DNA from: Eledone cirrhosa
Lineage: Eukaryota
Assembly (NCBI GenBank): GCA_964016885.1
Contig: OZ024741.1
Coordinates: forward strand, 160,270,001 to 160,334,000
Direction of reading: 5' to 3'
DNA length: 64,000 bases
The position numbers and the translations under genes were made by a program. The first letter of the stretch is position 1. Every line of letters starts with the position of its first letter. This document shows positions 12,883-26,959 of this stretch, one piece after another. Below the pieces are notes generated by a model, which worked only from the letters and a program-made list of their open reading frames with translations, made no database searches and had not been told where the DNA came from.

Positions 12883-12956
12883 TCACCAGACGAGATCAGT
12901 GATAATCGATCATGGCTACACGATCGATCTATCTCTTATTGAAACATGTGTCGTGA
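12883..12956 (+). ncRNA. Hammerhead motif with long stem II (core CAGACGA, U4 mutated)
   Basis: TCAC-CAGACGA-...atcgatc/gatcgat...-GAAAC atgt GTC-GTGA, extension tcatttt/aaaatga; inside an element 12811-13147 bounded by (TA)n. Confidence 0.6.
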
Positions 12957-13145
12957 TTAAAATGATTGGAAATTTATACCATGCCTTCGGATCTTTATTT
13001 TGATACAAATACTCCGTTTTACATCATCTAGCTGTTCACATAAATGGAATTGGAGATATACAAAAGCGTGGAGAACTTAATATTGCTAACAAAAAATTAT
13101 TGGACCGTTTGACACAACCAATAATACACCTTACTATATAACAAC

Positions 13146-13176
<31 letters not shown>

Positions 13177-13231
13177 AAATTTCGCTCTACAAGGCTGAAT
13201 ACAATAAATGTAATCTGAGTTTTTCGAATAT

Positions 13232-13448
13232 TAATAATTGTTTCTACTTTTCGCACAAGGCCAGTGCATTACTGGTACTTTCGCACAATTATCCCAGTGC
13301 ATTACTAGTACTTTATTTTATCGACCCCGTAAGGATGAAAGGCAAAGTTAACCTCGGCGGGATTTGAACTCAGAATGGTAAGGGCCGTAACTCTATGCGT
13401 CAAAGCATGGTGTCCGATCCTCTACCGATACTGCCAATCCACCGCCCT
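13232..13448 (-). mobile_element. tRNA-derived SINE
   Basis: Reverse complement of the 9356 family. Confidence 0.85.
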
Positions 13449-13629
13449 ATATTAATAATAACATTCGATTCGTTTGCAATTATGCAAACAAGCCTCAATT
13501 TTATAGCCATGTCAGTAGAATGAACACTTCATTCTTGCTCTTATGTTGGCATGGCTATAACAGTGAGGCTTTTTGCATAATTGCAAACGAATCGAATGTT
13601 ATTATTAATATTCGAAAAACTCAGATTAC

Positions 13630-13663
<34 letters not shown>

Positions 13664-13667
<4 letters not shown>

Positions 13668-13996
13668 AAGTGTATGTCAACATTGGTAAAATTAGCTTCG
13701 TTTATTCATATTCGCTGCTATATATATTTCAGTGATAGCCATTATTCAACAGCTATGACCTCATCAGACAGTAAGAACTTGAGCAGAAAAAACAGGAAAA
13801 CATGATGTTGTATTAGATTTTACCTTGTTAATCCATTGATATGTTCAGATCCAGAGTGTGGTGTTAGTCCTCTAAGGAACTGAAAGCATATGGATTAACA
13901 AGGTAAAATCTATTACAACATTATGTTTTCCTGTTTTTTCTGCTCAAGTTCTTACTGTCTGATGAGGTCATAGCTGTTGAATAATGGCTATCACTG

Positions 13997-14030
<34 letters not shown>

Positions 14031-14155
14031 GCAGCAAATATGAATAAACCAAGCTAATTTTACCCTGTTGACTTATACTTCTTGTTTTTACATCACTCGA
14101 TAGTAAAGGGACCAGCCTGCATACTGAGGTGTCGGTAAACATCCGACACTTACTC

Positions 14156-14161
<6 letters not shown>
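13664..14161. mobile_element. Tail-out fold-back HHR element in (TA)n
   Basis: Minus HHR 13715-13771 (CTGT-CTGATGA-GGT c ATAGC..GCTAT c ACT-GAAAT atat ATA-GCAG). Plus copy from 13955 with stem III loop expanded to (TA)n. Confidence 0.8.
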
Positions 14162-14196
<35 letters not shown>

Positions 14197-14479
14197 ATAT
14201 ATGGACACATGCTCTCTCTCCTCCCTCCCTCTTTCTCTCTCACTCTCATTCATACACATATTCACAAACACAATCATCTACACATACCCACACACACACA
14301 ATCACACATATACACCTTATCTTAAATACACATTCACTCCAACTACTCATCCACAACCAAATGACACACAAAGAAAATCGATGATCTACAAGATTGAAAA
14401 TATATATACAAAAAATATAAATAAAATAAAAATCGAAATTTCTGGAATCGTAAAAAAAAATTGACATCGAGATGTTTGT

Positions 14480-15195
14480 TGTGTTTTTATTATTATGGGA
14501 CTTTCATCCTTGCGGGCTCTATAAAATAAAGTACCAGTAATACACTGGGATAATTGCTGGCTTTGTGCCAAAAGTAGAAACAATTATTATGGGAAGTATT
14601 TAAGGCGATGGATTGGCAATATCGGTAGGATGTCGGGCGCCATGCTTTGCAGCATAGAGTTACAGCTCTTTACAGTCTGTGTTCAAATCCCACCGAGGTC
14701 AACTTTGCCTTTCATCCTTACGGGGTCGATAAAATAAAGTAGCAGTTAGGCACTGGGGTCGATTTAATCGACTTTCCTCTCCCCGAAAATCGCTCGGTGG
14801 ATTGGCAGTATCGGTAGAGGGTCGGACACCATGCTTTCCAGCATAGTTACGTCCCTTTACGATCTGAGTTCAAATCCCGCCGAGGTTGACTTTGCCTTTC
14901 ATCCTTACGGGGTCGATAAAAGAAAGTACCAGTAATGTACTGGGTAATTGCTGGCCTTGTGCCTAAAGTAGAAACAATTATTATGGAAAGTATTTAAGGC
15001 GATGGATTGGCAGTATAGGTACAGGGTCGGACGCCATGCTTTGCAGCATAGAGTTATGGTCCTTTACGGTATGTGATCAAATCCCACCGAGGTCAACTTT
15101 ACCTTATATCTTTAGGGGTCGACAAATTAAAGTACCACTAATGCACTGGGTTATTTGCTGGCATTGTGCCAAAAGTAGAAATAATTATTATGGGA
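14480..15195 (+). mobile_element. Head-to-tail cluster of ~4 tRNA-derived SINE copies
   Basis: Repeated ggattggcagtatcggtag...gttcaaatccc...gcctttcatcc...gtagaaacaatta, with repeated linker ttatgggaagtatttaaggcga. Confidence 0.8.
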
Positions 15196-16369
15196 AGTAT
15201 TATAGTTGTTTCCAGCTGAAGTTCCAGCTACCAAAATTTGCTAGCTGGCATTCAAAAATGTCAGTGTTTTATGGATAAATCTATAGATCTGTGTTGTTGC
15301 TGTTACAGTTGGTACAGTCATGTGTTTGGCTGTACCACTCCTGGCATGACCTTCTAGTAGAGCATGGCTTCCCTTTTCCACAAGAGTCAGTTTCTGGATA
15401 TCTTGTACAAAACATCCACAAGCTTTCTAACTTTTCTTGAAGGTATTTTCAACCCTTACCATCCCTCCACTAAAGCTACCCACAATTATTGGTACTATCT
15501 GCGCTTGGTATTCCTTATGATTTTCTCCCGTGTTCCAATTAAAATGATAGATCTGGCCGCCTTGCTGTACAAGCTTTTCTTAACTGGTACTCAAAATAAC
15601 TAACTTTAACCTGTCATATTCTAACACCTAGTCGTTCTCCCATGCTTTGTTTTTGTGTGTGTGTGTGTTTTTTTCTAAATTGCACATTCGTCTAACAGCA
15701 GCCAGATACTAAAGGGTTAACTGTCTCCTTTTGGTCCAAGCACAATCAACACTTATCTGTTTCTGTTAACCGGCCTCTGATCTTTCATAGTCTAATCTCT
15801 ACTATTTGTTGCTGTATAGTCAGTATTGCTGCTGTCTTTTCCCGGTCCAAGTTACTTTCAAGTCACTTGTCACTCTTTCTGTCTTGCATTTGAAATACTG
15901 CCCTTTGCATTTCTTCTCTTTCTGCTGTTTTCATTTTTTAAAACTTTCTCCCAACACTACTTTCACCCTATTCCTAAGATATCAAAGTATATCTGGCGGT
16001 AAGAGAACTTAATGCCTAAGCCCATTCCATCTAGGGTATCTTTTGCTTCTCTCTTAATATATTTGTATTTGCCGGGTGTTTCTCACTGTCAGGCAACTCA
16101 GAGCCATTCACTATTTGCATTTGCCAAATAACAGGTCCCTTTCACTTTTGTCTCCTACAAACACTTTAATCCTTTTCCTCCATCTCTACGTTTCAAGTAC
16201 AATCTGTCATTGCTAGATTGTCTGCCTAAGACATCATTGTTCATAAGCTCTCTCTCTCTATTTATCAGCATATCAAGTTCCTTTAATTCATTTCTTGGAA
16301 AACAGAAGATATTCGTATGGAAAGCTGCATCGTGCTGATTGCTTTCATCAGCTTATTATTAGTAGTAGT

Positions 16370-16950
16370 GTGGATTGGCAGTATCGGTAGAGGATCGGAC
16401 GCCATGCTTTCCAGCATAGTTACGCCCCTTTACGATCTGAGTTCAAATCCCGCCGAGGTTGACTTTGCCTTTCATCCTTACGGGGGTCGATAAAATAAAG
16501 TACCAGTAATGCACTGGGTAAGTGCTGGCCTTGTGCCTAAAGTAGAAACAATTATTAGTAGTAGTGTTAATTCCTAATTTTGGCACAGGGCCAGTAATTT
16601 ATGATAAGGGAAAAGGGATTGTATCGATCCTAGTAATTAACTGGTACTTTATTTTATCAACTCTGGTAGGATGAAAGGCGCAGTTGACCTCGATGGGATT
16701 TGAACTCAGAATGTAGAAAGTCGTAAGTAAATATGCTTTGAGTATTTAACTTCTACGCTCTGAGTTCGAATCCCACCGAGGTCAATTTTGCCTTTCATCT
16801 TTCCAAGATCTCTAAAATAAAGTATCAGTCACATACTGGGATTGATTTAATCGATTTTAACCCTCTTTTAAATTATCAGCCTTGTACCTAAACTAGAAAC
16901 CATTTAAGAGCGGTGGATTGGCAGAGTCGTTAAAGTGTCGGACTTAGCAC
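16370..16950. mobile_element. SINE cluster (+16370-16558, -16570-16740, +16755-16900)
   Basis: Same SINE core on alternating strands. Confidence 0.75.
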
Positions 16951-17611
16951 AAAGAACCAGAACGTTGGATAGAACAAAGCACTCTATGTCATTGCTGATG
17001 CTATACACACTCTTCGCCCCAAAGAAGATAGATTCACCAAAACACTACAATCAATGGATCACTGAAGCAATGCTTCATCTCTCTACAACTACAATGTTTT
17101 ATTGTCCTTTGAAATATATATTTCCAATCCATGTCTACTCTAGCTACGCCTGTTGCACTCTTTCCTTCTTCTTTCGTCATCCCTCGTAGTTCTCCATTCT
17201 CCTACCCTCACCCACTCGCACAAAAGATCTTTTTAAATGAAAAATTCTCCCTGTATCAAAGTTTTCCCTAAAGATTTAAATGTCAGATATTCAAGTTGAA
17301 CATCAACTGCATCACTCTCACGAATCTAGGAAACCCTTCAAAAAGTCAGGAGTTTTCTCGTACTTCCTCTGAATAAATAAGAAATACAACCTAACAAAAA
17401 CAAAACTAGGGTAATATCTTCAGTGACGTACATCATCTCCATTTAAGGGAGCACATCGTAATAGTAGTCAAATTACCCTTGAATTATACTCCACTGTTTA
17501 TATATAGAAAGAACACATTATATAATATGTCTCCCTGTATTAATGATATTACTGTTGGACTTCCACCGTTTCCGACAACGAATTCTCTAGTTACTTCAAA
17601 CAACGTAACAA

Positions 17612-17842
17612 TCTGCTCATGAAATTAACATCTAAGTGGCTGAGCATTCCACAAATATTTGCACCCTTAATGTAATTCTCGGGAAGATTCAGCGGTGGTC
17701 CCTCATCTTTGCCAGCTGAGTAAACTAAAGCAACATGAAAGAAAGCGTCGTACTTGAGGACACACCGTGTTGCCTGGTCTGGGAAGCGAACTCACGACCT
17801 TACGATTGTAAGCTGAACACTCTAACTATTAAGCCACGCTCC
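17612..17842 (-). mobile_element. Second tRNA-derived SINE family (decayed)
   Basis: Minus strand cgtggcttaatagttagagtgttc...gtgagttcgcttccc (A/B boxes), then gtgtcctcaagt...actcagctggc core. Confidence 0.55.
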
Positions 17843-18388
17843 TCCAACCACAATACTATGTTGGGGTTTGAACTCAGAAGTGCGAAGTACTAGTTACTGG
17901 AACAATCCTCAATTTGCAACATGCTTTCACACCTTTCAACTGTAAACTGTATGGTGAGTATTTAAGGCTAGATGGGCTGGGCTATGAAAAATCTGTATTT
18001 ATGATGTCGTCAGTTAAAAATATATGGTTTGAGTATCAAACCTTGCACTGGGTCAACTCTGATCTCTGATCCTCTATGGTCAGTAAAAGAAATACCAAAG
18101 TCATGCATTGAGGATGATTCAAACCCTATAGAAATGTGTAAAGCAGAAAAGTGAGTATACAGCAACAACAATGAGAACAAACTGGAACGTCTTTGATCAG
18201 AGATTTGATGGATCAAATCTGCTCCTTCACTAAACAGCAGCGAAATATACATATATATATATGAGTGTGTGTGTGCATGTGTGTGTGTGTATGTGTAAAA
18301 AGTAAACGAGATAAACACATCAGACGATGAAGTTCTATGAAAATATATATTTTAGTTTCACGCTTAATATTTAATATAGAAGCAAAAG

Positions 18389-18424
18389 TTTTAACGTTTC
18401 GGACGCTAGTCTTTCATCAGAAAA
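18389..18424 (-). ncRNA. Minimal hammerhead motif
   Basis: TTTT-CTGATGA-a-aGAC tagc GTCc-GAAACGTT-AAAA. Confidence 0.6.
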
Positions 18425-18779
18425 TAGAATGAGAAATTAAAGAAGAAATAGAAAGATAGAAAAGAATCAGCAGTGGCAGGGACCAAAAAGATTTCTTCTA
18501 GAAAAGACAGATATTCAGGGTGAGAGGGATAGAGAAAACACTAGTCGCTGTCTCTTCAAGTACAAAACTACTGAATTCATGCCTAAGATGAGTTAGATCT
18601 CTGCTCCATAATATTCATTTAATAACCACTTTACTGTACTGCCTTCACGGTGTCTCAGCAGTTGGTTTCCAGCTAAAGTTTTGCATATTTTCTGTTTATT
18701 TATGCTTATAAGATTATCTCCGACTGATACGGCTTGAAGTTAAACAATCAAACAAACGCACCCTCATATACAAGCACAC

Positions 18780-18843
<64 letters not shown>

Positions 18844-18854
18844 ACGCGTGTGTG

Positions 18855-18898
<44 letters not shown>

Positions 18899-19211
18899 TA
18901 TATGCACATACACACACACACATATATATAAATAAATATATATATATATATATAAATATATATGCACATACACACACACACATATATATAAATAAATATA
19001 TATATACATACATATAAATGTTGTTATACTTTGGGAGGGTGATATTGTTGTAATAATATTGTCAGAAATAATAACAGAACACATTCACTGTTTGGTTGGT
19101 TTTCGCTTTTGTATCTTTTATATCTCCATAGTTAATTCATTTGGCCATGAATGTTTATCACTGAGTGACCAACGGTCAAAAATACAGATATAAATACATA
19201 TATATATAGTC

Positions 19212-19255
19212 TAACAAAGTTCTTTCGTTGCACATCTGCAACATCATCAGTGGTA
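19212..19255 (-). ncRNA. Minimal hammerhead motif
   Basis: TACCA-CTGATGA-t-GTTGCA gatg TGCAAC-GAAAG aa CTT-TGTTA; stem III identical to the Penelope HHR. Confidence 0.7.
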
Positions 19256-19350
19256 CTATTCTCATGTTTCCCCTGCTGTATTGTATGTATTGTAATGTCT
19301 ACGCCATTTTTATTTTATCTATTTATTTATTTTTTTATTTTTGTCTTATG

Positions 19351-19385
<35 letters not shown>

Positions 19386-19418
19386 CAAATATATATATAT
19401 ATATATACATATATATAA

Positions 19419-19509
<91 letters not shown>

Positions 19510-19513
<4 letters not shown>

Positions 19514-19640
19514 GAAACACACAGATACATGCGGACACACACATATATACATGAATGCATCCGCACCCAACTGTGAGTTAAGGGTGCCAACTTCACCGAT
19601 GTTGCTCAATGAATTTATTTATTTATTTTTGTCTTATGTA

Positions 19641-19732
<92 letters not shown>

Positions 19733-20848
19733 TATAAATATATATATATACATACACAGTTGGGTGCGGATGCATTCATGTATATATGTGTGTGTCCGCA
19801 TGTATCTGTGTGTTTCTAAATATATTGTTAATAACTCCCTCTGGTCGAGCAATCTTTGAAGTGTGGGGACAACTGGAAAGCTTCCATTACTCATACTTCT
19901 CGCCTTCTTCACCACCTCCTCTACGGCCTCGATATGAATACCCCCTCCGCCTCCGTGGTATTTTCTTCGTGGTTATAAGAGGCTTAGCTCTGTTTCTCGA
20001 CCGTTATATCGCGTGACTATCTCCCCCTCCGCCTTTTGGGATTCTTTCTCACGTCGTGTAGACGCGTTCTTGAGACTAGTAAAATGAGGTATGCTCTTGA
20101 TAAGTCGGCAGACCTCGCAGGGACTCTATATCTTTATGATATATTGTTTTTGTTTATGCCACGAAACTACGTAGTCGAGGAATTTAGGAGCAGTTTAGGT
20201 ATGATACATTTTATTACTAATTATATCTAAATGTTTCTTCTCTCTTCATAATGTATTTTTAACTCTGATACTGGTTCAGTCTAGTTCAACTGAATTGGTC
20301 TGTCCCAGTCATTCATTGAGCAACATCGGTGAAGTTGGCACCCTTAACTCACAGTTGGGTGCGGATGCATTCATGTATATATGTGTGTGTCCGCATGTAT
20401 CTGTGTGTTTCTAAATATATTGTTAATAACTCCCTCTGGTCGAGCAATCTTTGAAGTGTGGGGACAACTGGAAAGCTTCCATTACTCATACTTCTCGCCT
20501 TCTTCACCACCTCCTCTACGGCCTCGATATGAATACCCCCTCCGCCTCCGTGGTATTTTCTTCGTGGTTATAAGAGGCTTAGCTCTGTTTCTCGACCGTT
20601 ATATCGCGTGACTATCTCCCCCTCCGCCTTTTGGGATTCTTTCTCACGTCGTGTAGACGCGTTGTTGAGACTAGTAAAATGAGGTATGCTCTTGATAAGT
20701 CGGCAGACCTCGCAGGGACTCTATATCTTTATGATATATTGTTTTTGTTTATGCCACGAAACTACGTAGTCGAGGAATTTAGGAGCAGTTTAGGTATGAT
20801 ACATTTTATTACTAATTATATCTAAATGTTTCTTCTCTCTTCATAATG

Positions 20849-20850
<2 letters not shown>
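19510..20850 (+). mobile_element. 595-bp tandem unit (~1.8 copies) with variant hammerhead, plus short inverted copy at 19510-19615
   Basis: Direct repeat 19755/20350. HHR-like folds at 20094-20179 and 20689-20774: CTC-TTGATAA-GT c GGCA..TGCC AC-GAAACTACGTAGTC-GAG. Confidence 0.7.
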
Positions 20851-20907
<57 letters not shown>

Positions 20908-20948
20908 CAACGGACAAACAGCGATGTACGATAATCGTATGTCCGTTC

Positions 20949-20991
<43 letters not shown>

Positions 20992-22660
20992 AAGATCAGA
21001 ATTAAGAGTATTCCGCACCGTGTTTTAGAATACGGCGGCGATTGAAAATTTGAAAATAGAATTATAGGATTCAGCTGTATTTTGACAGCAGAAAATCGTC
21101 AAAATAAAAGGGTGTAGAAGCCTGCATAACGGAAATAAGTCGGCATCAGCACACTCGAGTATCAAACTCACACCTCTTATTATCTGTATAGGTGTGCTAG
21201 CCTAACAATCTGCCCATTTCTTCCATAATGGGGGCTTATATTCAGTTATTAGACGATTTTGTGTTATCAAAATAAGGCGCTAAACATAGGTCAAATCCCT
21301 ATAACCTATAACGCAATCACAGAAATAGCTGCGGTGAAACCTACGAATATTTTAACTCAAATCAACTCAAATAAAATGTACTTGGAGTCAGGATTTATGA
21401 GGTTTATGAGTTTGCTGTAGGTCTGAAGGCACGCTGGCAATAAACCGGAGATTTATTTATTGTTTGACAGATAAACATTTTCGTTGTATTAATTTAGTGA
21501 GAATGATAGGGTGGGTGCAAAGAAATAGATAGTTTTTATGTGGTGTTAAGTGAAGTTGTAGATTCGTTATTTAAGTGGCCTATTCTAAAAGTTGGGATTG
21601 TTAGTTCGAATCATGGGGGTTTAGTTTTCACAGCATCAATAACAAATAGTGTATAAGTAAGACAATAATAACAACAATATTAGAGACAATAAAAGTAATA
21701 AAATAGTAAAATATGCATGGTAGATAGAGATAACATGATGAATAATATTAGGGATACATTGAGATGATCATAATAATAAATAGAAGAAAATAAGATTTAA
21801 AGGAGTGTAGGAGTAATAAGATAATGTCCTTAGAATTAAGTTCATCTGTTAGAGATCATGAGTGCTAATGTGAGATACGTAGATATAATTGTTTGGTACG
21901 AAGGAGTAAACAACAGCAAAGATGGGATTGATTTATGGGCTGATAAGATAGTTGTAGACATTACTGCTCCATCTTAGTAGTATAGATCTATCTACCATGC
22001 ATATACCTCATAAATCAGCAAACGCATATACCTCATAAATCCTGACTCCAAGTACATTTTATCAGTTATCTCTTCACCACCTTAACACTACATCTAATGT
22101 AACCTATAGAAGTTTTCACATGTCAATTTCATACATCTGTATCATATCAGTTCGTTTAATATGCTAGATTCATCATTATACTCTATTTCTTACTTATATT
22201 GATATTATTATTTTAACTATTCCGTATCTAGTTATTTTATTATTGATATTATTGTTCTGGTTTAATACCACCCCTCTATAAAAGCCATGCCTTGTGTATC
22301 TTCCTCACTTTCGCGTGCTCTGATTAAAACGACTGGTTATAAACAAAGTATTGGAGATCGATTGACGCAACATCAAGCGAGTAGCGAACTCTAGACCTAC
22401 CAGATCAAAGAAACAATTGTCAGCAATGTGAATAAAGCCCTTATTGTATAGCAAACCATGTCACTCTTCTTTCTTGAATTATTATTACTCCAAGTACAAA
22501 CTACATAGAAATCACCGCGAACTCGCAGCATCACTATGGAAACGTCATGTTGAGTCAAACTAAGCCACACGTTAATACCATCCACTACACGGAGTACTCT
22601 AACTGGACTACATCTAAGTGGACTACCTATAACGATAACCTGTTATGCCGTATATATATA

Positions 22661-24474
22661 TAATGATACTATTTATAGTTATGAATATACTATACTATAA
22701 ACAACTATAAACAGGAAAGGTCAGTAATTTATTACTACCTTATTACCAGTAAGAGAAATAGCTCAATGTAAGAACATCAGGTGTTTTACAGAGCAGGAAT
22801 ATAAATTACACAAGTATCAAAGTTATGTTCAAATCATTTAATCGCTGACAATTGTTTCTTCCAAACTTTAGTTTGGAGTCATCGGAGCATTATCAATGTT
22901 GGTACATATAATTAACCTCCTATTCAACTGAACAATCATATAGATACATATATATTGATGTTGTGAACAACAGTTTAGTATTTACAGGGTGTAATGGATG
23001 CGACATATATTATACGAGAAATGTACAATAATTAAAAATAAAATTAAAATTAAAATTAAAATTAAAATCACAGTGGAATACATGCGACAGATAATACAAG
23101 AGAATAGTCTAATAATTAAAGAGGCAATGAGAATGAAGTACATATTCAAGCGTGTAGAGTATGCACATGCGTTAGTCATATATATGATAAGGAAATAAGC
23201 AAAGGTATATATGAATACTGTATGGCAAGGTATTACATAAAATACAAGCACTTTAAGCGAATATGTTAGTGTATTATGGAGGATGTAATGCGAAGATAGT
23301 TTCTGCAGAGTTCAAATTTGTATGAGTGTAGAATATGAAAGTTACTGATTTCCCATCCATTACATATGTTAAGTTATATTTTAGTTAATGTTTGTATTGA
23401 ATGTTTTTAGTTAGTTATAGTAATGGATTGTAACTTGGTCTTATTGTATAGCCATTATATAGTGTCACAATTGAATCCCTTTTACATAATGTTATATATT
23501 TATATATATAACAGCTATACATTATTCCATATCTTGCCTAGTATTGGGTAGATAACAATCTAATGAAACCTTTAATATATTATGAGAGAGTAGACTGTAT
23601 TTAAAATTAAATATAAATATATAACATTATGTAAAAGGGATTCAAATGTGACACTATATAATGTTTATTAGAGCAAAGAATTTAAATAGTGTAATGGGTT
23701 AGTTACCTCCCCTTACGCATTAGCTCCCCTTAATTGTTATCTCATATCCACTTCCGGATATTAAACCGTTGGAAAATCTCGCTGTAGAACAACTCTAATC
23801 CATGAATATGAATACAATAAGACCAAGTTACAATCCATTACTATAACTAACTAAAAACATTCAATACAAACATTAACTAAAATATAACTTAACATATGTA
23901 ATGGATGGGAAATCAGTAACTTTCATATTCTACACACATACAAATTTGAACTCTACAGAAACTATCTTCGCATTACATCCTCCATAATACACTAACATAT
24001 TCGCTTAAAGTGCTTGTATTTTATGTAATACTTTGCCATACAGTATTCATATATACCTTTGCTTATTTCCTTATCATATATATGACTAACCCATGTGCAT
24101 TCTTTACACGCTTGAATATGTACTTCATTCTCATTGCCTCTTTAATTATTAGACTATTCTCTTGTATTATCTGTCGCATGTATTCCACTCTGTGCTTTTA
24201 ATTTTAATTTTAATTTTAATTTTAATTTTAATTTTAATTTTAATTTTAATTATTGTACAATTCTCGTATAATATATGTCGCATCCATTACACCCTGTAAA
24301 TACTAAACTGTTGTTCACAACATAAATATATATGTATCTATAAGATTGTTCAGTTGAATAGGAGGTTAATTATATGTACCAACATTGATAATGCTCCGAT
24401 GACTCCAAACTAAAGTTTGGAAGAAACAATTGTCAGCGATTAAATGATTTGAACATAACTTTGATACTTGTGTA

Positions 24475-24480
<6 letters not shown>
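22661..24480. mobile_element. Large tail-out fold-back HHR element in (TA)n
   Basis: ~22797-23448 is the reverse complement of ~23815-24480. HHR at 22843-22889 (-) and 24392-24438 (+): TGCT-CCGATGA-cTCCAAAC taaa GTTTGGAa-GAAAC aatt GTC-AGCG. Related decayed copy at 29326-29610. Confidence 0.8.
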
Positions 24481-24519
<39 letters not shown>

Positions 24520-25415
24520 TATATATAAATAGAGCGCGGGATAGAATGTGTTGGTTTAGTGAGAGAGGGGGAATTAAGAGAGTGAAAGAGAGGGAATTAT
24601 GTAGTGAGTTATAGAGAGAGGGGGAGAGTTTATTGGCCTGGTGAGAGAGTGGGTAATCTGAGAGTGAAGTATATAGTGGAATATAGAGAGGAGGGAAGAA
24701 TTTGGTCGTCTAATGAGAGAAGGGGAATTGTGAGAGAGAGTGAGGTATGTAGTAGGATATAGAGATTGGTAGATAGGTTTGTGGTTTAGTGGTAAAGGGA
24801 GAATTGAGAAAGAGTGAAGTATAGTGTTGTATATATTGAGAGAGAGAGGTTGTTGGTTTAGTGAGAGAGGGGGAGAGAATGATGTAATGAGATATAGAGA
24901 GGGGAAGTGAATTTGGTGGTCTTGTGAATGTCGGGGAATTGTGAGAGAGAGTGAGTTATGTAGTAGGATAGAGAGAGAGAAGGAAAGAGTTTGTTGGTTT
25001 AATGAGAGAGGGTAAATTAAGGGAGTAAGAGAGAATGGTGTATGTAGTGGGATATAGAGAGGGGGAGAGAATTTGGTAGCCTAGTGAGAGAGGTAAATTG
25101 TGAGATAGAGTGAGGTATGTAATGGAATATAGAGAAAAGAGAATTTAGTGGTTTAGTGAGTAAGGGGGAATTGTGACAGAGAGTGATGTATGTAGTGGGA
25201 TATAGAGAGGGGCAGAGAGTTTGGCGGTATTGTGAGACAGGGGTAAATGTGAAAGCGATAGAGAGTGAAGTGTGTAGTGGGATATAGTGAGGTGGGGGAG
25301 AGAAATTGGTAGGCTAGTGAGAAAATGGGAATTACAAGAGTGATAGAGAGTGAGGAATGTACTGGTATATAGAGAGGGGAGAGAATTTAGTCATCTAGTG
25401 TGAGGGGGGAATTGT

Positions 25416-25461
<46 letters not shown>

Positions 25462-25462
25462 T

Positions 25463-25548
<86 letters not shown>

Positions 25549-25890
25549 GTAGTTGTAAATAGAACGAGGCAGAGAGTTTGGCGGTTTAGTGAGAGGGGGA
25601 TTGTGAGAATGATAAAGAGTGAGGTATGTAGTGGTATAGAGAGAGGCGGAGAATTTTTTCTGGTTTAATGAGAGAGGGGGAATTGTGGGAGTGAGAGAGA
25701 GTGAAGTATGTATTGGAATTTAGAGAGCGAGTGAGAGTTTTGTGGTTAGTGAGAGAGGAGGAATTGTGACATTAAGAGATGGGGGTATGTAATCAGATAT
25801 AGAGGGGAGAGAGTTTGGTGATTTAGTGAGAGGGGGAGAATGTCGGTCTAGTGAGACTATGTAGCGGTATGTAGAGAGGGTGAGAAAGAT
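24520..25890. repeat. Degenerate purine-rich minisatellite (~75-bp unit) with embedded (GA)n
   Basis: Recurring gagagaatttggtggtttagtgagagaggggaattgtgagagagagtgaggtatgtagtgggatata. Confidence 0.8.
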
Positions 25891-26023
25891 ATAATATTTT
25901 ATAGAGCGACAAAATAATTGTAGGACAGAAGAAAAATGTTTTAATATTCGGTTTCACAGTAAAAGCAACAAGTGCGTGTGTTTTTATTGGCAGCATGACC
26001 CTCTCAAATTATAACATATTTAT

Positions 26024-26100
<77 letters not shown>

Positions 26101-26101
<1 letters not shown>

Positions 26102-26545
26102 TGTACACGTACATACATATATATATACAGACGTACGGTAGTATGTATATATATATACATACATGCACACATATATATATATGTACGTATGGATTCACCG
26201 AACATTTATTATAATGCTCGGTGTGTTTCTAAACAAACATCCCGTATTAAGCCGTAGTGTCCACCAACCATCGTTGCTCGTTAGTGTTGAACAAACGAGC
26301 AACGATGGTTGGTGGTCACTACGGCTTAATACGGGATGTTTGTTTAGAAACACACCGAGCATTATAATAAATGTTCGGTGAATCCATGCGTACATATATA
26401 TATATGTGCATGTATGTATATATATATACATACTATTGTACGTCTGTATACATATATGTATGTACGTGTACATACTTATATTTAAGTAACAGCCGTACTA
26501 AGAGTAGGAAATGAAATTTCGTTTCATTTTTTCCGTTTATATATA
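26101..26545. mobile_element. Fold-back element in (TA)n (family also at ~5150-5750 and 33400-33590)
   Basis: ~180-bp arms around 26287; shared tail aacagccgtactaagag...gaaatgaaatttcgtttcatttt. Confidence 0.7.
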
Positions 26546-26760
26546 TATATGTAGAGGTTATATTTAATTTGTTGGGATACAACAAGCTAAAATATTTTTA
26601 TAACTGATATAAAGCACTCAACAAATTATTGGAGTAAATATACAATATATTAACAAAAAATGCAACCTTACCGGTTGGAGCTTCCTGATTAGCTACAACC
26701 GGTAAGGTTGCATTTTTTTCAGGGTATGTCAATATTTATTTATAAAACTAATCTGTATTA

Positions 26761-26826
26761 TATTTTATCTGATGAAAGCGCACCATAATCTACCTTGGTG
26801 GCCCTTGAAATATGTATAATGAAATA
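26761..26826 (+). ncRNA. Type I hammerhead motif (family of 8414 and 40664)
   Basis: TATTTTAT-CTGATGA-aagcgcacca..tggtggccctt-GAAAT atgt ATA-ATGAAATA. Confidence 0.7.
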
Positions 26827-26868
26827 AATATGGTTTTATAAATATAGTTTCCATTTGTTAATATATTG

Positions 26869-26959
<91 letters not shown>

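Noticed and set aside
22320-22440. Possible GIY-YIG remnant (SIGDRLTQHQ) followed by GAAACAATTGTC
   Set aside because: Too short and degraded to call
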